From Nitrososphaeraceae archaeon (GTDB taxonomy: Archaea; Thermoproteota; Nitrososphaeria; Nitrososphaerales; Nitrososphaeraceae): 64,000 nucleotides of DNA. This document shows, one piece after another, positions 52,970 through 61,805 of this stretch; the first letter of the stretch is position 1; each line of letters begins with the position of its first letter. The translations under genes were made by a program, and so were the position numbers. The notes below the pieces were generated by a model. It searched no databases. It was not told where the DNA came from and saw nothing but the letters and a program-made list of their open reading frames with translations. The stretch spans positions 32,001-96,000 of the forward strand of contig JBIOZG010000012.1 in assembly GCA_044870765.1 (NCBI GenBank), given 5' to 3'.

Positions 52970-54160
52970 TTGAAATCTCGGCTGGACGCAATAGATCTGG
53001 TGACATCTAACGACCTTGTTCAAAGAGTACAGGATTTCCCAATAAGTAAGGAAGAGATTATTGAATTAGTAGCCCGATATGACACAAGATCGCTATGCAA
53101 TTTTGCACAAAAACTTAGAGACATTTGCAAAAATGGTCCGATCACATACTCTAGGAAGGTGTTCATAAATTTGATAAATCTCTGCAGGGATAGCTGCTCT
53201 TACTGCACCTATAAGAAAGAATTATCAGATTTTGACTTGTCAATTTTGACGAAGGAGCAAGTTCTAAACATAGCAAGGTTAGGCAAACGTCTGAAATGTA
53301 CTGAGGCATTAATCGTCACTGGGGAAAGGCCTGAACAAAAATATCCCGAATTCAAAGAATGGTTAAGTAAATACAATTGCTCAACCACTGCTGAATACGT
53401 TGAACAAATAGGCGAGTTAATATTGGTAGAAACAGGGCTGTTACCACATACAAACGCTGGTACATTAAAGTATAATGAATTATCTCTACTCAAAAAATCC
53501 AATGTAAGCCTAGGATGTATGCTAGAGACATCAAGTGAAAGACTCGCTGGTAAGAACATGCCTCACGAATTTGCACCCAGCAAAAATCCAAGAGCTAGGA
53601 TAAGAGTTCTCGAAAACGCAGGCAAATTGAAAATCCCTATTACAACAGGGCTACTCGTTGGAATAGGCGAAACATTGGAAGAAATAATTGAATCATTGAT
53701 AGTTATTAGAAGTTTAAATCAAAAATATGGAAATATTCAGGAAATAATAATCCAAAACCATATCCCCAAGTATAATACTAAAATGAGGAACTCTTTGCCG
53801 CCCACACATGATTCATTTTTATTAACTATCGCATTGGCAAGGATCATCATGCCGCACATGAACATTCAGGTTCCACCTAATCTCAGCCCTAAAGTTTATT
53901 CTACCTATGTTGGTGCAGGAATCAATGATTGGGGAGGTATATCTCCGTTAACAATTGATTTTGTAAATCCAGAATCGCCTTGGCCCGAGATCAGTGATGT
54001 AAAACATGTTACTGAAAAGGAGGGACATATCTTTAGAGGAAGACTTCCAATTTACCCGGAATTTGTTAAGAATAAAAAAGAGTTCATTCCAAAGAATCTT
54101 TGGAAATATGTTTCGCAGATGTCTGATAGCACTGGATTGGTAAAGGAGGAGCTATGTTAA
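52970..54160 (+). CDS. cofG: FO synthase subunit CofG (radical SAM)
   Basis: TYSRKVFI, CRDSCSYC, EAL..TGE.P, LLPHTNAG, QVPPNL, DWGGISP.T.D.VNPE. Confidence 0.95.
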   Translation: MKSRLDAIDLVTSNDLVQRVQDFPISKEEIIELVARYDTRSLCNFAQKLRDICKNGPITYSRKVFINLINLCRDSCSYCTYKKELSDFDLSILTKEQVLNIARLGKRLKCTEALIVTGERPEQKYPEFKEWLSKYNCSTTAEYVEQIGELILVETGLLPHTNAGTLKYNELSLLKKSNVSLGCMLETSSERLAGKNMPHEFAPSKNPRARIRVLENAGKLKIPITTGLLVGIGETLEEIIESLIVIRSLNQKYGNIQEIIIQNHIPKYNTKMRNSLPPTHDSFLLTIALARIIMPHMNIQVPPNLSPKVYSTYVGAGINDWGGISPLTIDFVNPESPWPEISDVKHVTEKEGHIFRGRLPIYPEFVKNKKEFIPKNLWKYVSQMSDSTGLVKEELC

Positions 54161-55404
54161 TGCTTGAATCAATATTGAGAGACCTAGATCCTGTTATTTC
54201 CGATATACTAAATCAGTCACTAGATTCAAAAAATATTTCTATAAAACAAGCTATTGAATTGTTACAAACAACGGGGACTGAAATGATAATGACTGCTATG
54301 GTCGCTGACAATTTAAGAAGAAAAGCAGTAGGTGATAATGTGACTTTCGTAATAAATAGAAATATCAATTTTACAAATGTCTGTATTAAAAGATGTGGCT
54401 TTTGTGCTTATAGTAGAGACTTTAGAAATGAAGAAAGTTATTTTCTACCTACAGAAGAAGTTGTAAGAAGAGCTAAGGAGGCATGGAATTTAGGTGCAAC
54501 TGAAATTTGTATCCAGGCAGGGCTACCTCCAAAGATGGACGGCTTCTTATATGTTGACATATGTAAGGCGATAAAAAAAGAGTTACCAAATATACATATT
54601 CATGCGTTTTCTCCTGAAGAGATCATGTATGGTTCCTATAGATCAGGACTATCTGTGAAAGAATTCCTGAGGATGTTAAAAGAATCTGGACTAGGAAGTT
54701 TGCCAGGAACTGCGGCTGAAATACTGGACCAAGATGTTCGCGATCTGATATCTCCAGGTAGAATCACGGTTGCTGATTGGCTCAATGTTATAACAACCGC
54801 ACACAAATTGAAAATACCTACCACTTCAACTATAATGTACGGCCACGTAGAAACAATGGAAGATAGGGCTAAACATTTGGATTTATTAAGGTCAATTCAA
54901 AAACAGACAAATGGATTCACAGAATTTGTACCATTGAGCTTTGTACATAAAGAAGCTCCAATGTATAATCATAATCTTGTCAAGGGGATTGCGCCGGGTC
55001 CAACAGGTCAGGATGTGATAAAAATGCATGCAGTTTCGAGAATTATGCTCAACAATTTCATAAATAACATTCAGGTTTCTTGGGTCAAGGAGGGAACAAA
55101 AATGGCCCAATTGCTTCTTGAGGCCGGAGTAAACGATTTTGGCGGCACCTTAATTAATGAAAGTATTTCTACATCTGCAGGATCTGAGTTTGGACAATTA
55201 ATGAGACCAAAGGAGATAAGATCGGTGATACAATCAGCTGGTCGAATACCAGCACAAAGAAACTCAGTCTACGGAATCATAAAAGTTTATGACGGAATTA
55301 ATGATGAAAACGAATCGTTACTAGATAGTGCAGAAACAACACAATTTGGCTCTTATCATGAATTGATAAAATTAGATAAATTCAGATATAAGCGTACGAA
55401 ATGA
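54154..55404 (+). CDS. cofH: FO synthase subunit CofH (radical SAM)
   Basis: NRNINFTNVC...CGFC, HIHAFSP.E, PGTAAEIL, TIMYGH, IQVSWVK, DFGGTL.NESI. Confidence 0.95.
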   Translation: MLMLESILRDLDPVISDILNQSLDSKNISIKQAIELLQTTGTEMIMTAMVADNLRRKAVGDNVTFVINRNINFTNVCIKRCGFCAYSRDFRNEESYFLPTEEVVRRAKEAWNLGATEICIQAGLPPKMDGFLYVDICKAIKKELPNIHIHAFSPEEIMYGSYRSGLSVKEFLRMLKESGLGSLPGTAAEILDQDVRDLISPGRITVADWLNVITTAHKLKIPTTSTIMYGHVETMEDRAKHLDLLRSIQKQTNGFTEFVPLSFVHKEAPMYNHNLVKGIAPGPTGQDVIKMHAVSRIMLNNFINNIQVSWVKEGTKMAQLLLEAGVNDFGGTLINESISTSAGSEFGQLMRPKEIRSVIQSAGRIPAQRNSVYGIIKVYDGINDENESLLDSAETTQFGSYHELIKLDKFRYKRTK

Positions 55405-55707
55405 AATGAATGTATACCTTGATGTATTGCCCTTCTGTTCCAATAGGAAGAGTAGATTCTGTCTTCTGCTATGGGATCCCAAATCAACCGTGAATGTCGA
55501 GCTGAATTATCGGCATTTCCCATAATCATTCGGGGATTCAAGAGTCAAGATTGATTTTTTAAAGAATTGATACTAAAAGAGTGTTATTTCAAGAAAATGA
55601 AGCGAGCCAATATAATAAATTATTTAATATTTAGATAATTGTTATAGGCATGAACCTCCCAATTTTTCATTACATTTAAGAATCTCAACCATACACATTA
55701 GGAGAGT

Positions 55708-56325
55708 TTGATTAACCTAGGAATCTTGATATCCGGTAGAGGCAGCAATATGGAATCAATTTTGAATTTTCTAAAGGAACACATGACATCCAACATAAGT
55801 CCTAAAATAGTAATCTCCAGTAAAGCTGAGGCAGAAGGTCTTCAGAAAGCCTCAAAATTTGAAATTCCAACAAGCACTATTTCTATCAATTCAAAAAGTT
55901 GGGATTATGATAAGGAAATAGTAAAAAAATTGCAAGAACATGATGTGTATCCTGAAAATGGACTTGTATGTTTGGCCGGTTATATGCGTCTGCTGAGTCC
56001 AGAATTTGTAAGAAAATACAAAATGAGAATTATGAATATCCATCCCTCGCTTTTGCCTTCATTTCCTGGTCTTAATTCCCAAAAAAAAGCGTTGGATTAT
56101 GGAGTAAAAGTTACAGGATGTACTGTTCATTTTGTTGATGAAGGATTAGATTCAGGTCCAATTATCGCACAAAGACATGTCTCAGTGTTGGACAATGACA
56201 CACATGAGTCATTGTCTGACAGGATACTTGAGCAGGAGCATATTCTGTATCCCTATTGCGTGAACCTATTTGCTGAACAAAGATTACTTGTTCACGGCAG
56301 AAGGGTAATTGTTATTGGGCAGTAA
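55708..56325 (+). CDS. purN: Phosphoribosylglycinamide formyltransferase
   Basis: ISGRGSNM, LAGYMR, NIHPSLLP, GCTVHFV, DSGPII. Confidence 0.96.
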   Translation: MINLGILISGRGSNMESILNFLKEHMTSNISPKIVISSKAEAEGLQKASKFEIPTSTISINSKSWDYDKEIVKKLQEHDVYPENGLVCLAGYMRLLSPEFVRKYKMRIMNIHPSLLPSFPGLNSQKKALDYGVKVTGCTVHFVDEGLDSGPIIAQRHVSVLDNDTHESLSDRILEQEHILYPYCVNLFAEQRLLVHGRRVIVIGQ

Positions 56326-56388
56326 ATGCAAAACCAGTGAATAAAAAATAGTAAAGCAAAAAAATAGCTTTGTGAAATTTTAGAATAT

Positions 56389-57249
56389 TTGGGACAACTT
56401 ATAGACGGAAACCTAGTATCTCAAAAAGTAAAACTAACAATCAGAGATGAGGTTTTAGATTTAGTAAACAGAGGTATTCAACCTTGCTTAGCTACAATCT
56501 TAGTTGGCGATAATCAAGCATCCACGACATATGTTAAGAATAAACAGACCGCAGCAAACAGTGCGGGAATATTAACTAGAGATTTCAAACTGCCAGAGAA
56601 TGTCACTCGGAACGAGCTTATAAGCATTATAGAGGAATTAAATCGCGATGACAAAGTACATGGAATACTTGTACAACTTCCATTGCCACCCCAGATTGAA
56701 ACTTCCATTACTAATATGGTAAACCATGAGAAAGATGTCGATGGTTTGACATCTCACAATTTGGGTTTATTGTTGAAAGGCACTCCAAAACTAGTACCTT
56801 GCACTCCCTTAGGTATCATTGAGCTTTTAGATTTTTACAACATAGATGTTAAGGGGATGGATGTGGCCATATTAAACAGAAGTAATTTAGTTGGAAAACC
56901 TTTAGGTATCTTACTCATGAACCGTGATGCAACAGTAACGTTTTTCCATTCAAAATCAAAAAATATCGAGAATAAATTAAGAAACTTTGATTTCATCATT
57001 ACTGCTGTAGGTGATCGACAGAAATTTATTCTCCAAAAAGACATGATCAAAGAAGGTGCCATAATTTTTGATGTTGGAATTTCTAGAGCTAACGGAAAAA
57101 TCAAAGGAGATGTAGATTTTGAATCAGTTTCAGAAAAAGCAGCCTACATTACTCCCGTTCCTGGCGGAGTAGGACCTATGACCGTTACAATGCTATTAAA
57201 AAATACTGTGCTAGCTGCCAATCTCATACATAAAATTACCAAACAGTAG
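56389..57249 (+). CDS. folD: Methylene-THF dehydrogenase/cyclohydrolase
   Basis: YV..K, GILVQLPLP, KDVDG, PCTP.G, RS.LVGKP, TPVPGGVGPMT. Confidence 0.96.
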   Translation: MGQLIDGNLVSQKVKLTIRDEVLDLVNRGIQPCLATILVGDNQASTTYVKNKQTAANSAGILTRDFKLPENVTRNELISIIEELNRDDKVHGILVQLPLPPQIETSITNMVNHEKDVDGLTSHNLGLLLKGTPKLVPCTPLGIIELLDFYNIDVKGMDVAILNRSNLVGKPLGILLMNRDATVTFFHSKSKNIENKLRNFDFIITAVGDRQKFILQKDMIKEGAIIFDVGISRANGKIKGDVDFESVSEKAAYITPVPGGVGPMTVTMLLKNTVLAANLIHKITKQ

Positions 57250-57253
57250 TAAT

Positions 57254-57841
57254 ATGAAATTAGAAAATGAAGAAAAGTCGCTTTTGAGAAAAGAGGTTCT
57301 TCACAAGAGAAACTCTATGAGCCACTTTGAAATATCCATGAAGAGTAAGTTAATTCAGCAGAAGCTCATTGAAAGCCCCGTGTTTAATCAATCAAAATCT
57401 ATAGGACTTTACCTTGCCATTGGTTCAGAAGTTCAAACCCGGGAAATTATTAATTATGCTTTAGATTTAGGAAAGACGGTATTGTTACCACGAATTATGT
57501 CAAACGATCTGCGATTTTATGTGGTGGATCAAAAGGATTTCGAAGAAAGTTCATTTGATGTTAATAGGTTTGGAATCAAAGAACCAAAGATAGACAACAA
57601 GCCTGCAGAATTCATTGATTTACTGATCATCCCCGGTATTGTTTTTGATACGTATGGATTTAGGATTGGTTATGGTTATGGGTATTATGACAAATATTTG
57701 ACCATCAACAAATATTCAAAAAGTATTGGCCTGGCTTACGATTTTCAGTTTATTAAAAAACCCATTCCAATTCTTCCGCATGACAGAAAAATAGATGTCT
57801 TAATTACTGAAAGTGGATTTAATGTATTTAATTCCTTTTGA
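57254..57841 (+). CDS. 5-formyltetrahydrofolate cyclo-ligase
   Basis: EV.T, LPR, FGIKEP, IPG..FD..G.RIGYG.GYYD, PHD..ID..ITE. Confidence 0.93.
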   Translation: MKLENEEKSLLRKEVLHKRNSMSHFEISMKSKLIQQKLIESPVFNQSKSIGLYLAIGSEVQTREIINYALDLGKTVLLPRIMSNDLRFYVVDQKDFEESSFDVNRFGIKEPKIDNKPAEFIDLLIIPGIVFDTYGFRIGYGYGYYDKYLTINKYSKSIGLAYDFQFIKKPIPILPHDRKIDVLITESGFNVFNSF

Positions 57842-59113
57842 AGCAATATCCTTTCTGAAGTATTCTTCATTTTTTCCCCAGTGAATTTGAGATGCTGTTA
57901 AATATGCTTCCTTTTTAGCAGCTTCAAGGGTGTCACATAGTGAAGTAACTGATAAAACTCTTCCTCCATTTGTAAGGACACCTCCCATAGAATCTTTTTT
58001 AGTCCCCGAATGAAATACGTAGGTGTTACAATCAAATGCAGAATCTAAGCCATGAATAATTTCTCCTGTATGATACTTCTCAGGATATCCTTTTGAGGCC
58101 ATTACTACACAGACAGAACTTTTATTTGTCCAGTTGATCGGTGGCATTGAGTCAAGTCTTTCATCCATAGCCGCCTCCAGATATTCCAACAAATTCGAAT
58201 TCATCCTTGACAGAATAGATTGACATTCCGGGTCTCCCATTCTAACATTAAATTCAAGCACGTACGGTTCATTCGTACCATGTTCTATCATGAGCCCTGC
58301 ATATAGGAAACCTCGGAATTTTATTCCAAGATCACTTAATCCCTTTATTGTAGGCCGCATCACATTCTCCATTATCTTTTCTTCAAGTCTATCAGTGATG
58401 AGGGGGGTAGGAGAATAGCTTCCCATTCCACCTGTGTTCGGACCTCTATCTCCATCGTAGATATTCTTATGATCCTGGCTTGATGCTAATGGGATGATAG
58501 ATTTTCCATCACATAGAGCGATAAAAGATGCCTCGTCTCCATAAATTCTCTCTTCGAGTACAACTCTACTGCGAGAATTAGCGAATTCCTTGTCAATAAA
58601 GATCCTTCGAATAGCTTCGGTTGCTGACTTGACGTTATCGCATACAAACACTCCCTTACCTGCTGCAAGTCCGTCAACCTTGACAACCACATTTTTTGAA
58701 GTTGATTGGACATGCTTTATTGCACTTTCAGCGTTTGAATAGATTGAGAAGGGAGCTGTTTGAATTCCTATGCTACGCATGAAAAGCTTTGCGAACACCT
58801 TACTGGATTCTAACCTGGAAGCGCTTTTGTTTGGACCAAATATAGGTAATTGATTCTTATGAAATAAATCAACGATACCAAGCGATAGAGGCTTTTCAGG
58901 GCCCACTACAGTAAAAGAATTATGCTCTTTGGCAAATTCACAAAGTCTAATTAAGTCGCTGGAATCCACTGGAATGTTTTTTTCTGTGCCCCCATTCCCT
59001 GGAGCATAAAATATACTCTTGTTCGAATCATTAGAGAGCTTCCATCCTAAAGAATGTTCTCTTCCCCCAGAACCAATTATCAAGATTGTATCATATGGTT
59101 TCAATTTCATCAT
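57800..59113 (-). CDS. purD: Phosphoribosylamine--glycine ligase
   Basis: GSGGREH, APGNGG, VGPE.PL, LESSK, DGLAAGKGV, GPNTGGMG, EFNVRMGDPE. Confidence 0.97.
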   Translation of the reverse strand: MMKLKPYDTILIIGSGGREHSLGWKLSNDSNKSIFYAPGNGGTEKNIPVDSSDLIRLCEFAKEHNSFTVVGPEKPLSLGIVDLFHKNQLPIFGPNKSASRLESSKVFAKLFMRSIGIQTAPFSIYSNAESAIKHVQSTSKNVVVKVDGLAAGKGVFVCDNVKSATEAIRRIFIDKEFANSRSRVVLEERIYGDEASFIALCDGKSIIPLASSQDHKNIYDGDRGPNTGGMGSYSPTPLITDRLEEKIMENVMRPTIKGLSDLGIKFRGFLYAGLMIEHGTNEPYVLEFNVRMGDPECQSILSRMNSNLLEYLEAAMDERLDSMPPINWTNKSSVCVVMASKGYPEKYHTGEIIHGLDSAFDCNTYVFHSGTKKDSMGGVLTNGGRVLSVTSLCDTLEAAKKEAYLTASQIHWGKNEEYFRKDIASKGIKYIKSTFSN

Positions 59114-59142
59114 TTTTTAAGAAATCGGCAAAACTTTACAAT

Positions 59143-59418
59143 TCAAGATAAGTCCCCTGTTTCATTACGAATAACAAGGTAATTATCATTTACCAGTGAT
59201 TTAATAAAATAATAATATTCTGAATCAGAAAAGCGGACAACGTCTGCGTTTGAATTTGATTTTTTCTTTGCAAAATCTAAATGATAACATATCCCTTGAC
59301 CAGAAAGCGTTCTAAAGTAGTAATCATTGCACGAACAGTATTCCAAGTCTAAATCAATCCAATATTCATTATGTTTTCCCACAATAGTCCAAATAATTTT
59401 CTTGCTGGGTTCAAACAA
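59143..59418 (-). CDS. SWIM zinc-finger protein (5' end probably frameshifted; see findings)
   Basis: YCSC..YY......C.H SWIM motif. Confidence 0.75.
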   Translation of the reverse strand: MFEPSKKIIWTIVGKHNEYWIDLDLEYCSCNDYYFRTLSGQGICYHLDFAKKKSNSNADVVRFSDSEYYYFIKSLVNDNYLVIRNETGDLS

Positions 59419-59473
59419 GTGACATTTTAGCGATGGAAATATTGGTGATGAGCACCCCTTGACTCATAATCTC

Positions 59474-59863
59474 TCATGGAGTCCGGTTAATAAATATGAT
59501 TTCACCTGAATCACTTGATTCTAACAAAATGGGATCTTCCACACAATGACCAATGTGATTCATGGTAATACCTTTGGTATCCTGTAATACAATACAAATT
59601 GATCCGTTAGAAACCATGAATCCCAGATCTCCCTTTTTAAATAATGATTTCTGTTTTTCCGCTCCAACAGTTAATCCTGTTTCCACGTAAGCTAATTTAC
59701 GGTCCAAAAAGTGCAGCCTCCCAGAAATTGGCATTACTTTGATAATATTTGAAAAAGTGATTGGTGATAGATGACGAACAAATTCCAACGCTACTTTCCC
59801 CTTGCTGCCAACTGCGAAATCGACATGAATTCTCGAGACAGTATTTGAATTACTCCACGTCAT
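59474..59863 (-). CDS. Cyclophilin-like fold protein (DUF369-like)
   Basis: RHLSP.T, P.SGR, GAEK...F.KGD..F....SIC. Confidence 0.75.
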   Translation of the reverse strand: MTWSNSNTVSRIHVDFAVGSKGKVALEFVRHLSPITFSNIIKVMPISGRLHFLDRKLAYVETGLTVGAEKQKSLFKKGDLGFMVSNGSICIVLQDTKGITMNHIGHCVEDPILLESSDSGEIIFINRTP

Positions 59864-59943
59864 TGTCTACTACTGCAAATGAGTTCTGTATAGCTATTAA
59901 TTTGTTCATTTATTAGCAACATTTAATTATATATTCACTTTTT

Positions 59944-60441
59944 TTGCATTTATTCTTGGTTTTAAGACGTTCTACATCTGATAAAAATAAGGAAAAAAAG
60001 CCCCTCAAAGTAAAAAAACAGCTTAAAGTAAAAGGAGAGACTGCAACTAGGGGCAAGAATCCTCAAGAAAAGGAAAAGAAAAGTAAGAAAACCAAAATTG
60101 AAAAGCCAGAATTGGTCGAAGAGTCAAAAAGTAGCAGGCCGAAAGATGAGGTAGTAGTATATCCAGAGATGGATTTTGAATCTAGAGAAATACCTCTTCA
60201 AGACAGCCAAGTTTTGATAGGACCTCCAACATTGACGCGATTCGAACGTGCAAGAATAATAGGAGCAAGATCATTGCAGCTTTCTCTTGGTGCGCCAATT
60301 TTAGTAAATTCATCAAACAAGTTTCATGATACAATCTCTATTGCTGTGGCAGAACTGAACTCGAAAGTTTTGCCTATTTCCATTAGAAGGGTTTTGCCTA
60401 ATGGCTTATATCAAGACATTCCAATTGATTGGTTAAAGTAA
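59944..60441 (+). CDS. rpoK: RNA polymerase subunit Rpo6 (RpoK) with a long charged N-terminal extension
   Basis: LTRFERARIIGARSLQLSLGAP, A.AEL...LPISIRR.LP; exact start uncertain. Confidence 0.93.
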   Translation: MHLFLVLRRSTSDKNKEKKPLKVKKQLKVKGETATRGKNPQEKEKKSKKTKIEKPELVEESKSSRPKDEVVVYPEMDFESREIPLQDSQVLIGPPTLTRFERARIIGARSLQLSLGAPILVNSSNKFHDTISIAVAELNSKVLPISIRRVLPNGLYQDIPIDWLK

Positions 60442-60587
60442 GCATAATAAAATAATAGCTCCAAATTTTTTCTTTCGTCAGCCAGTATCTTTGACCCCAA
60501 TCAAATCTAACTTATCAATGCCAAAGTGAAAATGCCCGATCATAGATTCAACTTAGGAAAATTTAAATCTCGATATTTTACAACTCT

Positions 60588-61805
60588 ATGAGGGTCAAAA
60601 TTCCTACAATTCATGGTAATCACACAGGCCTTAATGCGATGATAATTTTAGATGATGGTTCAACGTATCGAGGTACAGGATTTGGCTATCCAAAAACAGT
60701 TGGCGGAGAATTTGTTTTTAATACAGGCATGGTAGGATATACCGAGACATTAACCGACCCATCATATAGAGGACAAATATTGTGTATGACATATCCGCTT
60801 ATTGGAAACTATGGTGTACCAAGTAAATCTATCAAGGATGGGTATGGACTGCCAAAATATTTCGAGTCAGATAACATTCAAGTTTCAGGGCTGGTAGTTC
60901 ACGAATTGTCTAACGTAGCGAATCATAGAGAATGCCACAAAACTTTAGATCAATGGCTTTATGATGAAAAAATACCAGGTATTAGTGGAATTGATACACG
61001 TGATCTAACCAAGAAAATTAGAATAAAGGGAGTAATGAACGGTGCTCTTTCAGTTTCAGAAAAACAAATAAATACAAAAACCCTATTGGATACCGTAAAA
61101 AAGACCAGATATGATGGAATTAATTTTATGTCCCAAGTGTCTGTTGACAAGACTATCGAATATGGAGACCGTTCATTAGAACCAATAGTATTAATTGATA
61201 CAGGTACGAAATATAGCATTATACGTAATATTTTACGAATGGGTTATCGGGTTATTCGCGTTCCATGGGATATATCATTTAGCGAGATAATTTCTCATAA
61301 ACCTAAAGGTATCATAATAAGTAACGGTCCTGGAGATCCGAAAATGTGCGATATTACAATAGAAACTGCACTTAAATTGTTTGATTCATCATTGCCAATG
61401 TTGGGAATATGCCTGGGAAACCAAATTATGGCACTTGCAGCCGGAGGTGATACATATAAGTTGAAGTTTGGTCATAGAGGTCAGAATAAAGGATGCACGG
61501 ATGTCAGCACCAATCAGACATTTATTACGAGCCAGAATCACGGATATGGGGTGAAATCAAATACTTTGGACAAAACCGGATTTAAAGTATGGTATATAAA
61601 TTCTGATGACAATACTATAGAAGGTATCAAACATAAATCAAAACCTATAATTGCAGTGCAGTTTCATCCTGAAGCTTCTCCCGGTCCTTATGATTGTGTG
61701 CACATATTCAATAGTTTTAAAGACCTTATTGAACAGAAGAATTCTAACCAAAGTCGACTCAAATCTGTAAAGAAAATGGAGGTGGGAAAATTTTCCAAAG
61801 AATGA
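60588..61805 (+). CDS. carA: Carbamoyl-phosphate synthase small subunit
   Basis: GEFVFNTGMVGY.ETLTDPSY.GQI, SNGPGDP, GICLGNQ, FGHRG.N, SQNHG, QFHPEASPGP. Confidence 0.97.
   Translation: MRVKIPTIHGNHTGLNAMIILDDGSTYRGTGFGYPKTVGGEFVFNTGMVGYTETLTDPSYRGQILCMTYPLIGNYGVPSKSIKDGYGLPKYFESDNIQVSGLVVHELSNVANHRECHKTLDQWLYDEKIPGISGIDTRDLTKKIRIKGVMNGALSVSEKQINTKTLLDTVKKTRYDGINFMSQVSVDKTIEYGDRSLEPIVLIDTGTKYSIIRNILRMGYRVIRVPWDISFSEIISHKPKGIIISNGPGDPKMCDITIETALKLFDSSLPMLGICLGNQIMALAAGGDTYKLKFGHRGQNKGCTDVSTNQTFITSQNHGYGVKSNTLDKTGFKVWYINSDDNTIEGIKHKSKPIIAVQFHPEASPGPYDCVHIFNSFKDLIEQKNSNQSRLKSVKKMEVGKFSKE
61778..61784 (+). promoter_or_regulatory. Shine-Dalgarno sequence for carB
   Basis: GGAGGTG ending 7 nt before the TTT-CCA-AAG that aligns with CarB M-P-K. 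Confidence 0.65.

Noticed and set aside
55356-55541. 61-aa minus-strand ORF between cofH and purN
   Set aside because: Overlaps the cofH 3' end and has no motif; cannot be supported without a homology search.
2429-58713. Many short antisense or nested ORFs in the track (e.g. 2429-2950, 9037-9483, 22018-22443, 34461-34919, 40374-40826)
   Set aside because: They lie fully opposite well-supported genes and show no recognisable domains.
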